Part shown: positions 12,650 through 24,910 of the stretch, piece after piece
Numbering within the stretch: position 1 is the first letter of the stretch
How the letters are laid out: every line of letters starts with the position of its first letter
Source of the DNA: Chiloscyllium plagiosum
Taxonomy: Eukaryota
NCBI RefSeq assembly: GCF_004010195.1
Contig: NC_057749.1
Location: 7,735,936-7,799,935 of the forward strand
Length of the DNA stretch: 64,000 nucleotides
Reading direction: 5' to 3'
The notes under the pieces: model-generated
What the model saw: only the letters and a program-made list of their open reading frames with translations
The model's database searches: none
What the model was told of the DNA's origin: nothing
Position numbers and translations under genes: made by a program

Positions 12650-13072
12650 ACAAGACAAAGAGTCCAGCGGATTCGTGCCACATACACATTCACTCGCCCC
12701 ACCACCAACGCTCAGTCGCAGCAGTGTGTACCGTCTTCAACATGCATGACAGAAATTCACAAAGGCTTCTTAGTCAGAACATTCCAAACTCAGCTTCTCT
12801 ACCATCTAGGTGGACAATGGCAGCAGGTACATAAGAAGACCACCAACATTGGCAAGTTCCACTCCAAGCCACTCATCGTCCTGACTGGGAAAGATATCGC
12901 CATTCCTTCACGGTCGCTGGGTCAAATTCCAGGAACTCCCTCACTAATGACACTCTGGTTGCATTGGCTCCGATGGACTGAAGCATTTCAAGAGATGTTT
13001 CAAGAAGGAAGCTCACCAGCACCTTCTCCTGGGTGAGAAGGGGAGAATAAACGCTGGCCTAGCCAGAGATAC
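12650..13072 (+). mobile_element. 3' fragment of second LINE family (CR1/L2 group)
   Basis: Same family as 24110-24910 and 40200-41120; tail aataaacgctggcctagccag. Confidence 0.7.
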
Positions 13073-13074
13073 CA

Positions 13075-13531
13075 ACCGCAGGAGGTACAAGACTTGCGCC
13101 CACATCTCCCCCCTCACCTCCCTCCAAGGCCCCAAAGGAAACTTCCATATCCGCCACAGATTCACCTGCACCTCCACACACATCATCTATTGCATCCTCT
13201 GCACCTGATGTGGCCTCCTCTATATTGGGGAGACAGGCCACCTACTTGCGGAGCGTTTCAGAGAACACCTCTGGGACACCAGGACCAACCAACCCAACCA
13301 CCCTGTGGCCCAACCCACCCCCGTCTGACCTATCACCCTCACCTTGACCTCTTTCCACCTATCACATTTCCGACGCCCCTCCCCCAAGTCCCTCCTCCCT
13401 ACCTTTTATCTTAGCCTGCTGGACAAACTTTCCTCATTCCTGAAGAAGGGCTTGTGCCTGAAACGTCGATTCTCCTGTTCCCTGGATGCTGCCTGACCTG
13501 CTGCGCTTTTCCAGCAACACATTTTCAGCTC
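13075..13531 (+). mobile_element. Penelope-like element 3' fragment: GIY-YIG endonuclease remnant plus pseudo-LTR with hammerhead
   Basis: Translates to FHIRHRFTCTSTHIIYCILCT*CGLLYIGETGHLLAERFREHL; CUGAAGA-A-GGGC-UUGU-GCCU-GAAA-C-GUC at 13440-13467. Confidence 0.85.
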
Positions 13532-13592
13532 TCTTCCACCTCCCCAAACTGTTGAAAACAAAATATATTATTCTGTCATATTCTGCACTCAC

Positions 13593-13781
13593 ACATCTGA
13601 CAGTACGCATGATCATCTAGATGTTGCAGGAATTGGAAGAAGTTTTGTATAGTAGAAACATATTGCCAAAGCCGCAAAAAAAGACTCTGCGAGAGAGGTT
13701 TGAGAGCAGCCTTGCCATGTGGAGCAGAAACATTTGGCCAGGTCAAACAGAAAAGAACAACATCTGCACAGCAATGAGATC
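13593..13781 (-). pseudogene. Candidate exon, 189 nt; fully open in phase 1-1 (SHCCADVV...SLFLRLWQYVSTIQNFFQFLQHLDDHAYCQM), two stops in phase 0
   Basis: Donor T|gtgagt; acceptor tttcag. Confidence 0.45.
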
Positions 13782-13909
13782 CTGAAACTGTTTGTGTGGA
13801 GTAACAAAACCAAACCAAATTAGGATCCAGCACATCCAAGGCTCATTGAAGATTGCAGGCATATTGAGGAAATTGAAATGATTGTCAACAGGTCAGAGGA
13901 AATGTGGCA

Positions 13910-14420
13910 AACTCCCTGCTATTGGAAGGATGTTGTGAAACCTGAAAGGGTGCAATAAAGATGTACAAGGATGTTGCCGGGACTGGAGGGTTTCAGCTAT
14001 GGGGAGAGGCTGAATAGGCTGCGGATGTTTTCCTTGGAGCGTCGGAGGTTGAGGTGTGGCCTTCTAAAGGTTTATTAAATCATGAGGGGCATGGATAGAG
14101 TGAATACACAAGGTCTTTTCCCCAGAGTAAGGGAGTCCAAAACTAGAGGGCATAGGTTAAGGTGAGAGGGGAAAGATATAAAAGGGAGCAAAGGGGCAGC
14201 TTTTTCAAGCAGAGGGTGGTACGTGATTGGAATTAACTGCTCGAGGAAGTGGTGGAGGCTGGTACAATTACAGCATTTGAAATGATGAGTACAGAATAGA
14301 AAGGGTTTAGTGGGATATGTCAAACGCTGACAAATGGGACTGGATTAATTTGGGATATCTGGTCAATGTGGATGAGTTGGACCAAAGGGTTATTTTCCGT
14401 GCTGTTTCAACTCGATGACT
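13910..14420 (+). mobile_element. HER1/CR1-type LINE 3' fragment
   Basis: ERVQ..TRMLPGLEG..Y.ERLNRL..FSLERRRLR motif and tail. Confidence 0.85.
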
Positions 14421-14544
14421 CAATAAGTGGCAGTGATGTGACTACCGTGAAAAATGAGATGGAGAGATTCAGTGTCTGAAACACCATGGGATTGCTGGAG
14501 GAAGAGGTGATTGACAGGAGGAGATGGAGAAAAGTGATCAGCTA

Positions 14545-14762
14545 GCATGTCGGAGTAAATTACTGCATATGCTGGAATCTGTACTGACAACAACAAGTGT
14601 TGGAGATCACAGCGGGTCAGATAGCATCTGTGGAGATAGAGCAAGCTAACTCTTCAACTCTCCATGGCTCTGATGAAGAGTTATCTAGACTCAAAACATT
14701 AGCTTGCTTTCTCTCCATGGATGCTACCTGACTTGCTGTGATCTCCAGCATGTGTTGTTTTC
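14545..14762. mobile_element. Fold-back Penelope-derived element, related subfamily
   Basis: Inverted arms; ctgatgaa-gagt..actc-aaaac at 14670; 12-bp TSD agtgatcagcta at 14533-14544 and 14763-14774. Confidence 0.7.
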
Positions 14763-15109
14763 AGTGATCAGCTAAGGGGATCTCAAGTAAAAGGGGAAGA
14801 AGCTGAGAAGTTATTGAAGTAAATTTAAAATGTAAAAAAACTGAAAGAACTGTGAATGCTCGAAATCAGAAAAAAAAAGAAATTTCTGGAAAAACTCAGC
14901 ACCTGTGGAGAGAAGTCAGAGTTAATGTTTTGGTCTCAGTGAGCCTTGTTCAGAAGTGTAAAATGTGGTGAAAGAATAGGGTGATTAGATATGGATATAG
15001 ATGATGATAAAACAGTGCACTACTTGATATACACTCCAGTCTGTGAAGGTGGAAGGAACAATCTGTACTCGAGAGTTATAGAGGTTTACAGCACGATTTT
15101 GACTCATTG

Positions 15110-15533
15110 AGAAGATCCTTTATCCGAACATGTAAAAACCGAAAAGCTCCAAAATCCGAAGGTTTTTTTGTGAAGATGTTTTTTCTCATTACCAAGGTTC
15201 TTTGGCGAGCAAACAGTTAACCCAAGTCAACACCCACTGAATATGTGTCACTCAGATGCGACATGGGGTTGTGGCCAAGCACTGACAGGCCTGGAGGTTT
15301 CTCTGTGAATGCCCCCAAGTGGACACCCACTCGACTTGTGTCACTCAGATGCAACTGGAGGGGGGGGGGGTGGGGGAGTGGGCCTGGCCAAGCACGTTCT
15401 TATTTAGAATTCTGCTCCTCCGGTAAGATTTTTTAAAAAATTCACTATTAAATTTCATCATTATTCTGAAACGTGAAAAATTCCGAATTCCAAAAAACAG
15501 CTGGCCCCGAGCATTTCGGATAAAGGATCTTCT
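15110..15533. mobile_element. MITE-like element with perfect 19-bp terminal inverted repeats
   Basis: agaagatcctttatccgaa ... ttcggataaaggatcttct; internal direct repeats. Confidence 0.75.
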
Positions 15534-18500
15534 ACCTCATGTTTAAATTATAGCACAAATAAAAATAATAAATAAAAGATACATTTGCACATACTGGAGA
15601 TCTGACACTGGAGAAGGTGGTGCCTCTATGGAAGGAACAGCCAAAGGAGGTGGTGGAGGCTGGCACCAATAAACATCTGGATGGGTACATGAATGGCAAG
15701 GTTGAGAGGGATATGGGCCAAATGCTGGCAAATGGGACTAGATTAGATTAGGATATCTGGTTGGCATGGACAATTTAGATCAAAGCCTCTGTTTCCATAC
15801 CGTACATCTCTATAATTCTATCTGAAACAAACAAAAACAGAAATTTCTGGAGAAACTTAGCAAATATGACAGGATCTTTGGAGAGAAACAGAGTTAATAT
15901 TTCAAGCCCTTTAAATAAATGGACCTTTGCAGAAACCTAGCTGAGCAGACCATAGTCAGTCTGTGGTATATCAGATATACTGGGCCACAAGTTACACAAA
16001 GAATCATCCAGCTTGGATCCAAAACTGAACTGACCCAGAAACCAGGTAGCACGGAAAACTTCAGGTAGGTCTGAGGCCATTCAATGAAACAAGCTTGAAG
16101 ACATTGAAATATTGTTTTCACCTTCAGATATTTTTCCAACTCCCTGTTGGGTGCTGATGAATATTTCTTCAGATCTCCATCAAGCAGTGCATTTTAATTT
16201 CAATTCACTCATTGCGTTGGTAAAGCTGTTTCTCACCTAGAATTCTTTTGCCAATGACCTTTTTAAGTCTGTGCCCTCCAGCTACCAGCTCTTCAACCAT
16301 TAGAAACCATTTCACTTCACGTTAATCAAAATCATCATGATTTTGAACACCGATCAAATTTCCTCTTCACCTTCCCTGCTCTAAGAAGAGCTTAAGGTTT
16401 TAATTCCCTTTGCCTCCTGACCCATGGGCTCCTGTGAAACCTCTGTTTCTGCTTTCCTTAATTCTTTTGCTTTAGATTCAATGAGTTAGTTTTGGAGATA
16501 TGGAGAGAGCAGGGACCGGAATGGTTGTCGCAGATTCTGAGGTATAGTTGTTTCAGTAAGAACAGGGAAAGTGTTAAAAGAAGTGGAGGTGTGTCATTGT
16601 TAATCAAGGACAATAGTATGGTGGCAGAAAGGACGTTTGAGGATTTGTCTACTGAGGTAGTATGGGTTGAAATTACAAACAGGAAAGGAGAGGTCACCCT
16701 GTTGGGAGTTTTCTACAGGCCTTCCAGAGATGTACAGGAGAGGAAAACAAAGATGATTCTGGATAGGAGTGAGAGTAACAGGGTAATTGTTATGGGGAAC
16801 TTTAACTTTCCAAATATTGACTGGAAATACTTTAGTTTGAGTCCTTTAGATGGGTCAGTTTTTGTCCAATGTGTGCAGGATGGTTTCCTGACACAGTATG
16901 TAGATAAGTCAACAAAGGGCGAGGCCGCATTTGACTTGGTACTGGGTAATGAACGGGCCAGGTGTTAAATTTGGAGGTAGGTGAACAGTTTGGTGATAGT
17001 GGCCATAATTCGGTTATGTTTACTTTACCAATGGAAAGGGATAGATATATACCACAGGACAGGAGTCATAGCAGGGGAGGCTGGGGGAAAGGCAATTATG
17101 ATGCAATTAGGCAAGATTTAGGATGCATAGGATGGGGAAGGAAACTGCAGGGGATGGGCATAATTGAAATGTGGAACAGCATATTCGAGGAACAGCATCT
17201 GCATGTCCTTGATAAGCGTGTACCTGTCAGGCAGGGATGAAGTGGTCGAGCAAGGGAGCCATGATTTACTAAACAAGTTGAATCTCTTGTCAGGAAGAAG
17301 AAGAAGACTTATGTAAGGATGAGGTGTGAAGGCTCAGTTAGGGCGCTTGAGAGTTACAAGTTAGCCAGAAAAGACTTAAAGAGGGAGCTAAGATGAGCCA
17401 TGAGGGGACATGAGAGGTAATTGATAGGTAGGATCAAGGAAAACCCTAAAGCTTTCTCTAGGTATATCAGGAATAAAATAATGACTAGAGAAAGATTAGG
17501 GCTAATCAAGAACAGTATGTGGAGTCCAAGGAGATAGGAGAAGTGCTAAATGAACATTTTTCGTCAGTATTTACACTTGAAAAAGCCAATGTTGTCAAGG
17601 ATAAGTCCTTGGGCCAGATAGAATTTATCCTAGGATTCTGTGGGAAGCCAGGGAAGAGATTGCAGAGCCTTTAGTTTTGATCTTTATGATGTCATTGCTT
17701 ACAGGAATAATGCAGAAGACTAGAGGATAACAAATGTTATCCCCATGTTCAAGAAGGGGAGTAGAGACAACCCTAGTAGTTATAGACTAAGTGAGCCTTA
17801 CTTTGGTTGTGGTTAAAGTGTTGGGAAGGATTATAAGAGATAGGATTTATAATCATCTAGAGAGGGCTAAGTTGATTAGGGATTATGAAAAGTAGGTGAT
17901 GCCTCACAAACCTATTGAGTTCTTTGAGAAGGTGACCAAACAGATGGATGAGGGTAAAGTGGTTGATGTGCTGTATATGAATTTCAGTAAGGTGTTTGAT
18001 AAGGTTCTCCATGGTAGGCTATTGCAGAAATTATGGAGGCTTGTGATTTAGCAGTTTGGATCAGAAATTGGCTAGCTGAAAGAAGACAGAGGATGGTGGT
18101 TGATGGGAATTGTTCATCCTAGAATTCAGTTGTCAGTGGGGCCACTGCTGTGTGCCATTTTTATAAATGACCTAGATGAGGGCGTAGAAGTTTGGGTTAG
18201 TAAATTTGCGGACGACACTAAGGTTGGTGGAGTTGTGTTTAGTGCCGAGGGATGTTGCAGGTTACAGAGGGACATAGATAAGCTGCAGAGCTGGGCTGAG
18301 ATGTGGTAAATGAAGTTTAATGTGGAAAAGTGTGAGGTGATTCACTTTAGAAGGAGCAACAGGAATACAGAGTACTGGGCTAATAGTAAGATTCTTGGTA
18401 GTGTAGATGAGCAGAGAGATCTCGGTGTCCATGTACGTAGATCCCTGAAAGTTGCCACCCAGGTTGATAGGGTTGTTAAGAAGGCATATGATGTGTAAGC

Positions 18501-18801
18501 TTTTATTAATGGAGGGATCGGGTTTTGGAGCCATGAGATCATGTTTCAGCTGGTCAAAACTCTGGTGCGGCCGCACTTGGAGTATTGCGTACAGTTCTGG
18601 CCACCGTATTATAGGAAACATCTGGAATCTTTGGAAAGAGTTCAGAGGAAATTTACTAGGATGTTGCCTGGTATGAAGGGAAGGTCTTATGAGGAAAGGC
18701 TGAAGGACTGGAGGCTGTTTTCATTAGAGAGAAGAAGGTTGAGAAGTGACTTAATTGAGACATATAAGATATCAGAGGGTTAGATAGGGTGGATAGTGAG
18801 A

Positions 18802-18904
18802 AGCCCTTCCTGATGAAGGGCTTTTGCCCAAAACATTGTTTTTCCTGCTCCTTGGATGCTGCCTGACCTGCTGTGCTTTTCCAGCACCACCCTAATCTAG
18901 ACTC
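18802..18904 (+). mobile_element. Single-arm hammerhead-bearing Penelope-derived insertion in LINE
   Basis: 12-bp TSD tggatagtgaga at 18790-18801 and 18905-18916. Confidence 0.75.
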
Positions 18905-19153
18905 TGGATAGTGAGAGCCTTTTTCCTCAGATGGTGATGACTAGAATGAGGGGACATGGCTTTAAATTGAGAGGTGATAGGTATGGATCAGATGTCAGAG
19001 GTAGTTTCTTTACTCAGAGAGTTGTCAGGATGTGGAACACCCTGCCTGCAATAGTAGTAGACTTGCCAACTTTTAAGGGCATTTAAATGGCCACTGGACA
19101 AACATATGGATGAAAATGGAATAGTGTAGGTTACATGGGCTTCAGATTGGTTT

Positions 19154-19368
19154 GAAAAATGTGTTGCTGGAAAAGCGCAGCAGGTCAGGCAGCATCCAAG
19201 GAGCAGGAGAATCGATGTTTTGGGTATAAGCCCTTCTTCATTCCTGAAGAAGGTCTTATGCCCGAAACGTCGATTCTCCTGCTCCTTGGATGCTGCCTGA
19301 CCTGCTGCGCTTTTCCAGCAACACATTTTTCAGCTCTGATCTCCAGCATCTGCAGTCCTCACTTTCTC
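19154..19368. mobile_element. Fold-back Penelope-derived insertion in LINE tail
   Basis: Perfect 14-bp TSD cttcagattggttt at 19140-19153 and 19369-19382; ctgaaga..gaaacgtc at 19244-19271. Confidence 0.8.
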
Positions 19369-20067
19369 CTTCAGATTGGTTTCACAGGTCAGCGCAACAT
19401 CAAGGGCTGAAGGGCCCATACTGTGCTGTAATGTTCTATGTTCTTTATTCTAACTTACGTGGAAAGATGATTTTAATCTACTCATGGGTAAAGATTAAAA
19501 TACTGCAAGAAGGGAGCTATATGTCTTTCTGAGTACCACTTCCTTATGTACATACTAACTTCACTCGTGGTCCATTCAAAGTAATCAGATATGCAGTCAC
19601 CTAACAACAAAGGACGTTTGTAAAATCTCCAGAGACATAAGTTGCAAGAAAAATCAAAGCACTCTCTGGCAAAAAAATGCTTTTGGCTTCTTTAAATGAT
19701 CTTTATTTCCCCAGTGATTTTGATAGAGAGGGAATCACAATGCAATGCACATGTGTGTCAAACTGAGCACTATGTTCGAGCAAACTATGATCTTCCTTTG
19801 TGTCTCTTTACCCTGTCCCTGTGTCTTAAGAAGCTGTGCCATTTTCTCACTGGTATAGATATGCTGGGTCAGAATTTGCGTGTGTTTAAATGGCTCTGGT
19901 TTCATTCATCCATGAAGATTCTGCCTACAGCTCAGAAGAGAACTGCTTGACCATCCAGATTATTAACTGTTCACTTTTTTGTCCATTTTCTCATGGAATG
20001 TCATTGTCACTGTCTTGGCAGGTTGACCCTCCCCAGTTGCTCAACTGAGCAGCTTGTCAGCCTATTG

Positions 20068-20365
20068 GGCAGCACGGTGGCTCAGTGGGTAGCACTGCTG
20101 CCTCACAGTGCGAGGAATCTGGGTTCAATTCCAACCTTGGGTGACTGGCTGCGTGGAGTTTACACATTCTTGCTGGCCGCTCTAGGTTTCCTCCCATAGT
20201 CCAAAGATGTGCAGGTTAGGTGAATTGGCCATGCTAAAATGTCCAGGGATGTGTTGGCTATATAGATTAACAATGGAAATATGGGGATTCAGGTGTGGGT
20301 TTGGGAGAAATGCTCTTCAGAGGGTTGGTGTGGACTCAATGGGCTGAATGGCCTGCTTCCACATT
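20068..20365 (+). mobile_element. HE1-type SINE
   Basis: ggcagcacggtggctcagtgggtagcactgctgcctcacag head. Confidence 0.8.
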
Positions 20366-20834
20366 GTCAGAAGACAGTTAAAAGTCAACCATATTACTGT
20401 GAGTCAGATGTTGGCCAGACTGGGCACGGACTTTGGGAAGTCAGGAGACCAGGTTTTTACAATGATTGATGATAGTTTGGTGGTCAGTATTGCTGAGTGT
20501 AGCTTGTTACTCCAGACTTAATTACAGTCATGGAGTTGTGCATGACTGAATAGGCCCTTCGGCCCACCAGCATCAGCCTATCTGCACCCTTCAGTACTTG
20601 CCCATCGACTTGAAAGTTATAGTATTCGGAATGCTCATCCACGTAATTTTTAAAGGTTGTGACTCTTTCACTAACAGGAATATCTGCTTCCTACGCAACC
20701 TATCTGTGCCCCACTTAGTCTTACACACCTCTATCAGCGTCCTCCCCGCCACAACCCAACCTCAGACTTCTCTGCTCTAAAGAAAACAAGCCACACCTAC
20801 CCAGCCTCTCTTTGTAGCTATTATTTAGCTCTTA

Positions 20835-21385
20835 TAGAATAATAGAGGTGTATAGCACAGAAACAGACCCTCCAGTCCAACTCATCCATGCAAACCAGGT
20901 ATCTTAAATTATAATCGAGTCCACTTGCCAGCATTTTGCCCATATCCCTCTAAACAATTCACACACTATCCTCTGCATGAAAAAAGTTGCCACTTAGGTC
21001 CTTTTTATATCTTCTCCTATCACCTTAAACCTATGTCCTCTAATTTTGGACTCGCTTACCCTGGGAAAATACCTTGGCTATTCCCCCTATCCATGGCTGT
21101 CATGATTTTAGGAGCTTCTGTAAGGTCATCCCTCAGCTTCCGACGCTCCAGAGAAAATAATTGGCCTAATCAGCCTCCCCCTATAGTTCGAACTCTCCAA
21201 CCTTGGCCACGTCCTTGTAAATTGTTTTTGAATTGCTGTGAATTTCACAACATCTTTCCCATAGCAGGGAGACCAGAATTGAATGCAGTATTCCAAAAAT
21301 GGCTTAACCAATGCTCTGTACAGCTGCAACGTAACCTCCCAACCCCTATACTCAATGCACTGACCAATAAAGGTGAGTGTACCTT
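20835..21385 (-). mobile_element. HER1/CR1-type LINE 3' fragment
   Basis: ORF 21126-21398: LQLYRALVKPFLEYCIQFWSPCY. Confidence 0.85.
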
Positions 21386-21388
21386 TAC

Positions 21389-21844
21389 CAGTATTCAAGT
21401 TCCACCATGCTGTGGTTTGAAGAGGTCACCATTTCCCCATGAGGATCACGTATCCTGAGCAGTAGATCCACAAGTTGCGCAGGTGGCCTTGGTCACAGAT
21501 TTGTTGGATTCAGAAAGTGAGGTTGGCACAACACGAGTGGCTGTAGATAGTGGCATCAGGTCCTTTCGCAGAGCTGAGTAAATATGTGCAAGACGGGAAA
21601 GATTCTGCCCACTGAACACTCCAGGGCAGAAAAGCGAGTTCCCAGACATTTTGCATAAGAAGCTTGGCACTTTTCGAGCAGGCTTGGATCAAAACTTGCC
21701 AAACTCAAAGCGTCAAGCTTGTTCCTCCTCCCATGAGTGAGAGCTTCCAGCTTCTTCAAGGGAAACAGCTGTAATAGCTTAGCTTTTTGAAATTTCAACT
21801 TTCTGCTCCCTCAACTGGAACAGCCTCCATTCAACATTCCCCAG
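21389..21844 (-). pseudogene. Candidate large exon, 456 nt; stops in all three frames
   Basis: Acceptor ctctttcttcttcctttccacgataccag; donor CTG|gtaaag; phase-0 frame LGNVEWRLFQLREQKVEISKS*... has 1 TAA and 4 TGA. Confidence 0.5.
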
Positions 21845-21939
21845 CTGGTATCGTGGAAAGGAAGAAGAAAGAGGCCATTTGTAAAACGCTCCCCTTTTTA
21901 AAAATGTTTTCATTCAAATTACCTCAAAGACTCGGTGCT

Positions 21940-22010
21940 GCCCTTTATTTATCCGCATGTGTAGCCAATTATGGATAACCTAGCAACAAGCTACGAGCAG
22001 CATAGCAACA
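21940..22010 (-). promoter_or_regulatory. Candidate RFX (X-box) / CCAAT / TATA-like promoter module
   Basis: TAGCAAC half-sites at 21981-21987 and 22003-22009; CCAAT at 21965-21969; ATAAATAAAG on the minus strand near 21943-21952. Confidence 0.35.
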
Positions 22011-22359
22011 GGATGGATCCTGCTGTCCTTCATCATAATTCAGTTTTGCATTTGAATTGGAATCATTTCCACTGTATGAGGCATTGCTGTTATGTTTACC
22101 TCAGGCTGGAGCGGAACTTGCGATTAGGAACCAGACAGTTTCGCAGCTTTCCCACTTTCTTATGGAAAGGTTGTAAATGCTACCCACCGAGTCTTCCTCC
22201 CAAGATAACCACGTATAACCATAGAGTCAGAGTGATGCAGTACAGAAAGTAGCTACTTATCCTTTTGTGCCAGCCCTTTCAATACATCATCCAATTAGAC
22301 CTGTGCCCCTACGCTTTCCTGGTAATCCCTGAAAAGGCTGCCCATTCAATTGCTTACCA

Positions 22360-23710
22360 AGTTGGAGATGGAATGCACTGTTTTGGAAAATGTGAACTTC
22401 TCCCACTTTAGGAGGAAGAAGGCATTTTATTATTTAAAAACATTGAGACCTGAGGTACAGAGAGATCTGGATATCGTGATACATGAATTGCAAAGGGTTA
22501 GTACAAAAAGTAACTAGGAAGGCTAATGGAATGTTGTTGTTTATTCCAAAGGGAATGGATTATTAAAATTGGAAAGTTTTGCTCTTGCGTATAGGGCATA
22601 GGTGAGACCACATGTGGAAAACAGCATACAATTTATTTAAGGATATAGTTGCATTGAAGCCAATACAGAGACTGATTCCTGAGCCAAAAGGGTTATCTAA
22701 ATTATTGGGAAACTTGAGAAAAATGAGAGATGATCTTATGAAAACATACAAGACCCCAGGGGACTGACTGTGTGGATACTGGCGAATATTTCTACATTAA
22801 CAGAGACAAGACGAAAGGACACAGTTAAAGCAAGCGGTGTCCCCCTTGAGGTAGAGATAAGGAGAATGATATTTCTCAGAGGGTCATGAGTCTGTGAAAT
22901 GTTCTTCATCAAAGAACAGTGAAGGTTGTGATATTGAATAATATTTGGGCTGAGTTGCATCAAGTTAGATTTACGCTTTATTGCAAGAGGCTTAGAGTAC
23001 AGGAGTAGTTAAGTCATGCTTCAATTACATAACAGTTAGACCGAACCTGGGATACTGTGAGCAGTTTTGGTTGCCTTACCTCAGGAAAATTATTGTTGCT
23101 AGAGAGACAGAGTACACTGAAGGTTTACTAGAGTTCTTCCTGGGATGGTGGGACTCTCCTATGAAGATAGGTTGGGCAAGTTGGGCCAGGACTCCCTCGA
23201 GTTTTAGAGAATGAGAAGAGATGCTGAGGGCTAGAGTTTGACTTTGAGGGATATACAGGGTAGATGGAGGCAAGATTTTCACCAGTGGAGAGTTTAAAAA
23301 CAATTTAGAAAGAAAGGAGATGCCTATAGATGTGAGATGAGGAGAATCTTTCTTTACTCCAAGGGTTGTGAATCTATGGTACTCGGTACCACAGAACCCT
23401 GTGGAAGCTCAGTCTTTGAGTATGTTTAAGATAGAAATTGATAGATTTCTGATTACCAGTGGGTTATGGGAATGCAATGGATAAAAGGCATTGAAGTGTT
23501 CAATCAGGTTTGATCATATTGAATGGTAGGGGCAGACTCAATGGGCTGAAAGGTTCCTACATCCCTATCTAATAGAGATTGATAGACTTCTGATTACAGG
23601 GTTATCTGGTTGGGCTTGATAAGAGGTATTGAAGTGTTCAATTAGCTATAATTGTACTAACTGATAGGCTGGGCTCAATGGTTTGAATTGCTTCCTTCTC
23701 TATGTTCCTA
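22360..23710 (+). mobile_element. Two old CR1-type LINE fragments, the second with a tandemly duplicated ~140-bp 3' end
   Basis: Decayed ORF2 C-terminal motifs; 23431-23570 resembles 23572-23710. Confidence 0.65.
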
Positions 23711-24109
23711 TACGTCTCAACTGTCAAGACATAGTTTACAATTATTTCTTCTTTTTTTTTCCACATTTCATATGTTTATAGCCAAGAATCCCTTTGAGTA
23801 TCCTGTTCTGTTAGCCTTTGAAAATGACAAAGTATAACCATTAATACTTAGAACAGAAAGGTATTTCGGCCTACGGATTTTACCTGGGTTGGAGGAACTT
23901 AGAACAAATCTCTAATAACCTCTGTAAGAAAAGTTACCTCCCAACTTCCTAGTTCATTTTCAGTTCTAGTGGTGAGCCTTCATTAACATCCCTTCATAAT
24001 CGAATGTGCAAACTGTTTTCTGTAATTTAGAAAATCTGTCTTAAGTTTCCCCTTAAGACCCTCTCATTTTCATTAAAGCTATCACTTCCATTGCTGGTCT
24101 CATTGCTTT

Positions 24110-24910
24110 TTATTCACTCGTGAGACATGAGTGTTGCTGGCTGGGCCAATATTAATTGCACATCCCAATTGCCTTTGAGAAGTTGGTAGTGAGCTGCCTT
24201 CTTGAACCGCTGCAGTCCATGTGCTATAAGTTGAATCACATTGCCATTAGGGAGGGAATTCCAGGATTTTGATCCAACGACAGTGAAAGCATGGTGATAT
24301 ATTTTCAGGTCAGGATGGTGAGTAGCTTGGAGGGGAACTTGCAGGTGATAGTGTTCCCATGTATCTGCTGCCCATGTCCTTCTAGATGGAAGTGGTTGTG
24401 AGTTTGAAAGGTGCTGTCTAAGAATCTTTGGTGAGTTTCTGTAGTGCATCTTGTAGATAGTACACACTGCTGCTGCTGAGTGTCAGTGGTGGAAGGGTTG
24501 GATGCTTTCAATGTGGTGCCAATCAAGTGGGCTTCTTTGTCCTGGATGGTGCCAAGCTTCTTGAGTGTTGTTGGAGCTGCACCCATCTAGGGGAGTATTC
24601 CATCACACTCCTGAGTTTCTGGAGTCAATAACATTTGATAACACCATGAGTGTCAAGGGGTGGTAGTTAGATTGTTTCTTATTATCTGGCATTTGTGTGG
24701 CACAAATGTTATTTGCCAGGTGTCAGCCCAAGCCAGGATATTGTCTTGATCTTGTTGCATGTGAACATGGACTGCTTCAGTGTCTGAGGAGTGGCAAATG
24801 GCACTGAACATTATACAATCATTGGCGAACATCTCCACTTCTGACCTTATGATGGAGGGAAAGTCATAGATGAAGCAGCTCAAAATGGTTGATATCCTGA
24901 GGAACTCCTG
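24110..24910 (-). mobile_element. Second LINE family (CR1/L2 group) RT and 3' end
   Basis: FIYDFPSIIRSEVEMFANDC...MQQDQDNILAWADTWQITFVPHKCQ. Confidence 0.8.

Larger units (their letters stand above)
16480..19450 (+). mobile_element. Long decayed CR1-clade (HER1-like) LINE ORF2: APE endonuclease plus reverse transcriptase
   Basis: GGVSLLIKD, GVFYRP, MGNFNFPNIDW, FDLVLGNE; FINDLDEG..SKFADDTK; LVRPHLEYCVQFW; frameshifted; two fold-back insertions. Confidence 0.92.

Noticed and set aside
13620..13785. Plus-strand ORF MLQELEEVLYSRNILPKPQKK...
   Set aside because: Short and isolated; the stronger splice signal (gtgagt) and all neighbouring exon candidates are on the minus strand.
16492..18783. 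Active LINE ORF2
   Set aside because: Broken into many short ORFs by stops, frameshifts and deletions; the same holds for 32091-35376 and 61406-63271.
21389..21844. Selenoprotein interpretation of multiple in-frame TGA
   Set aside because: TAA and TAG occur in the same frame, and the terminal stop overlaps the polyA signal, leaving no room for a SECIS element.
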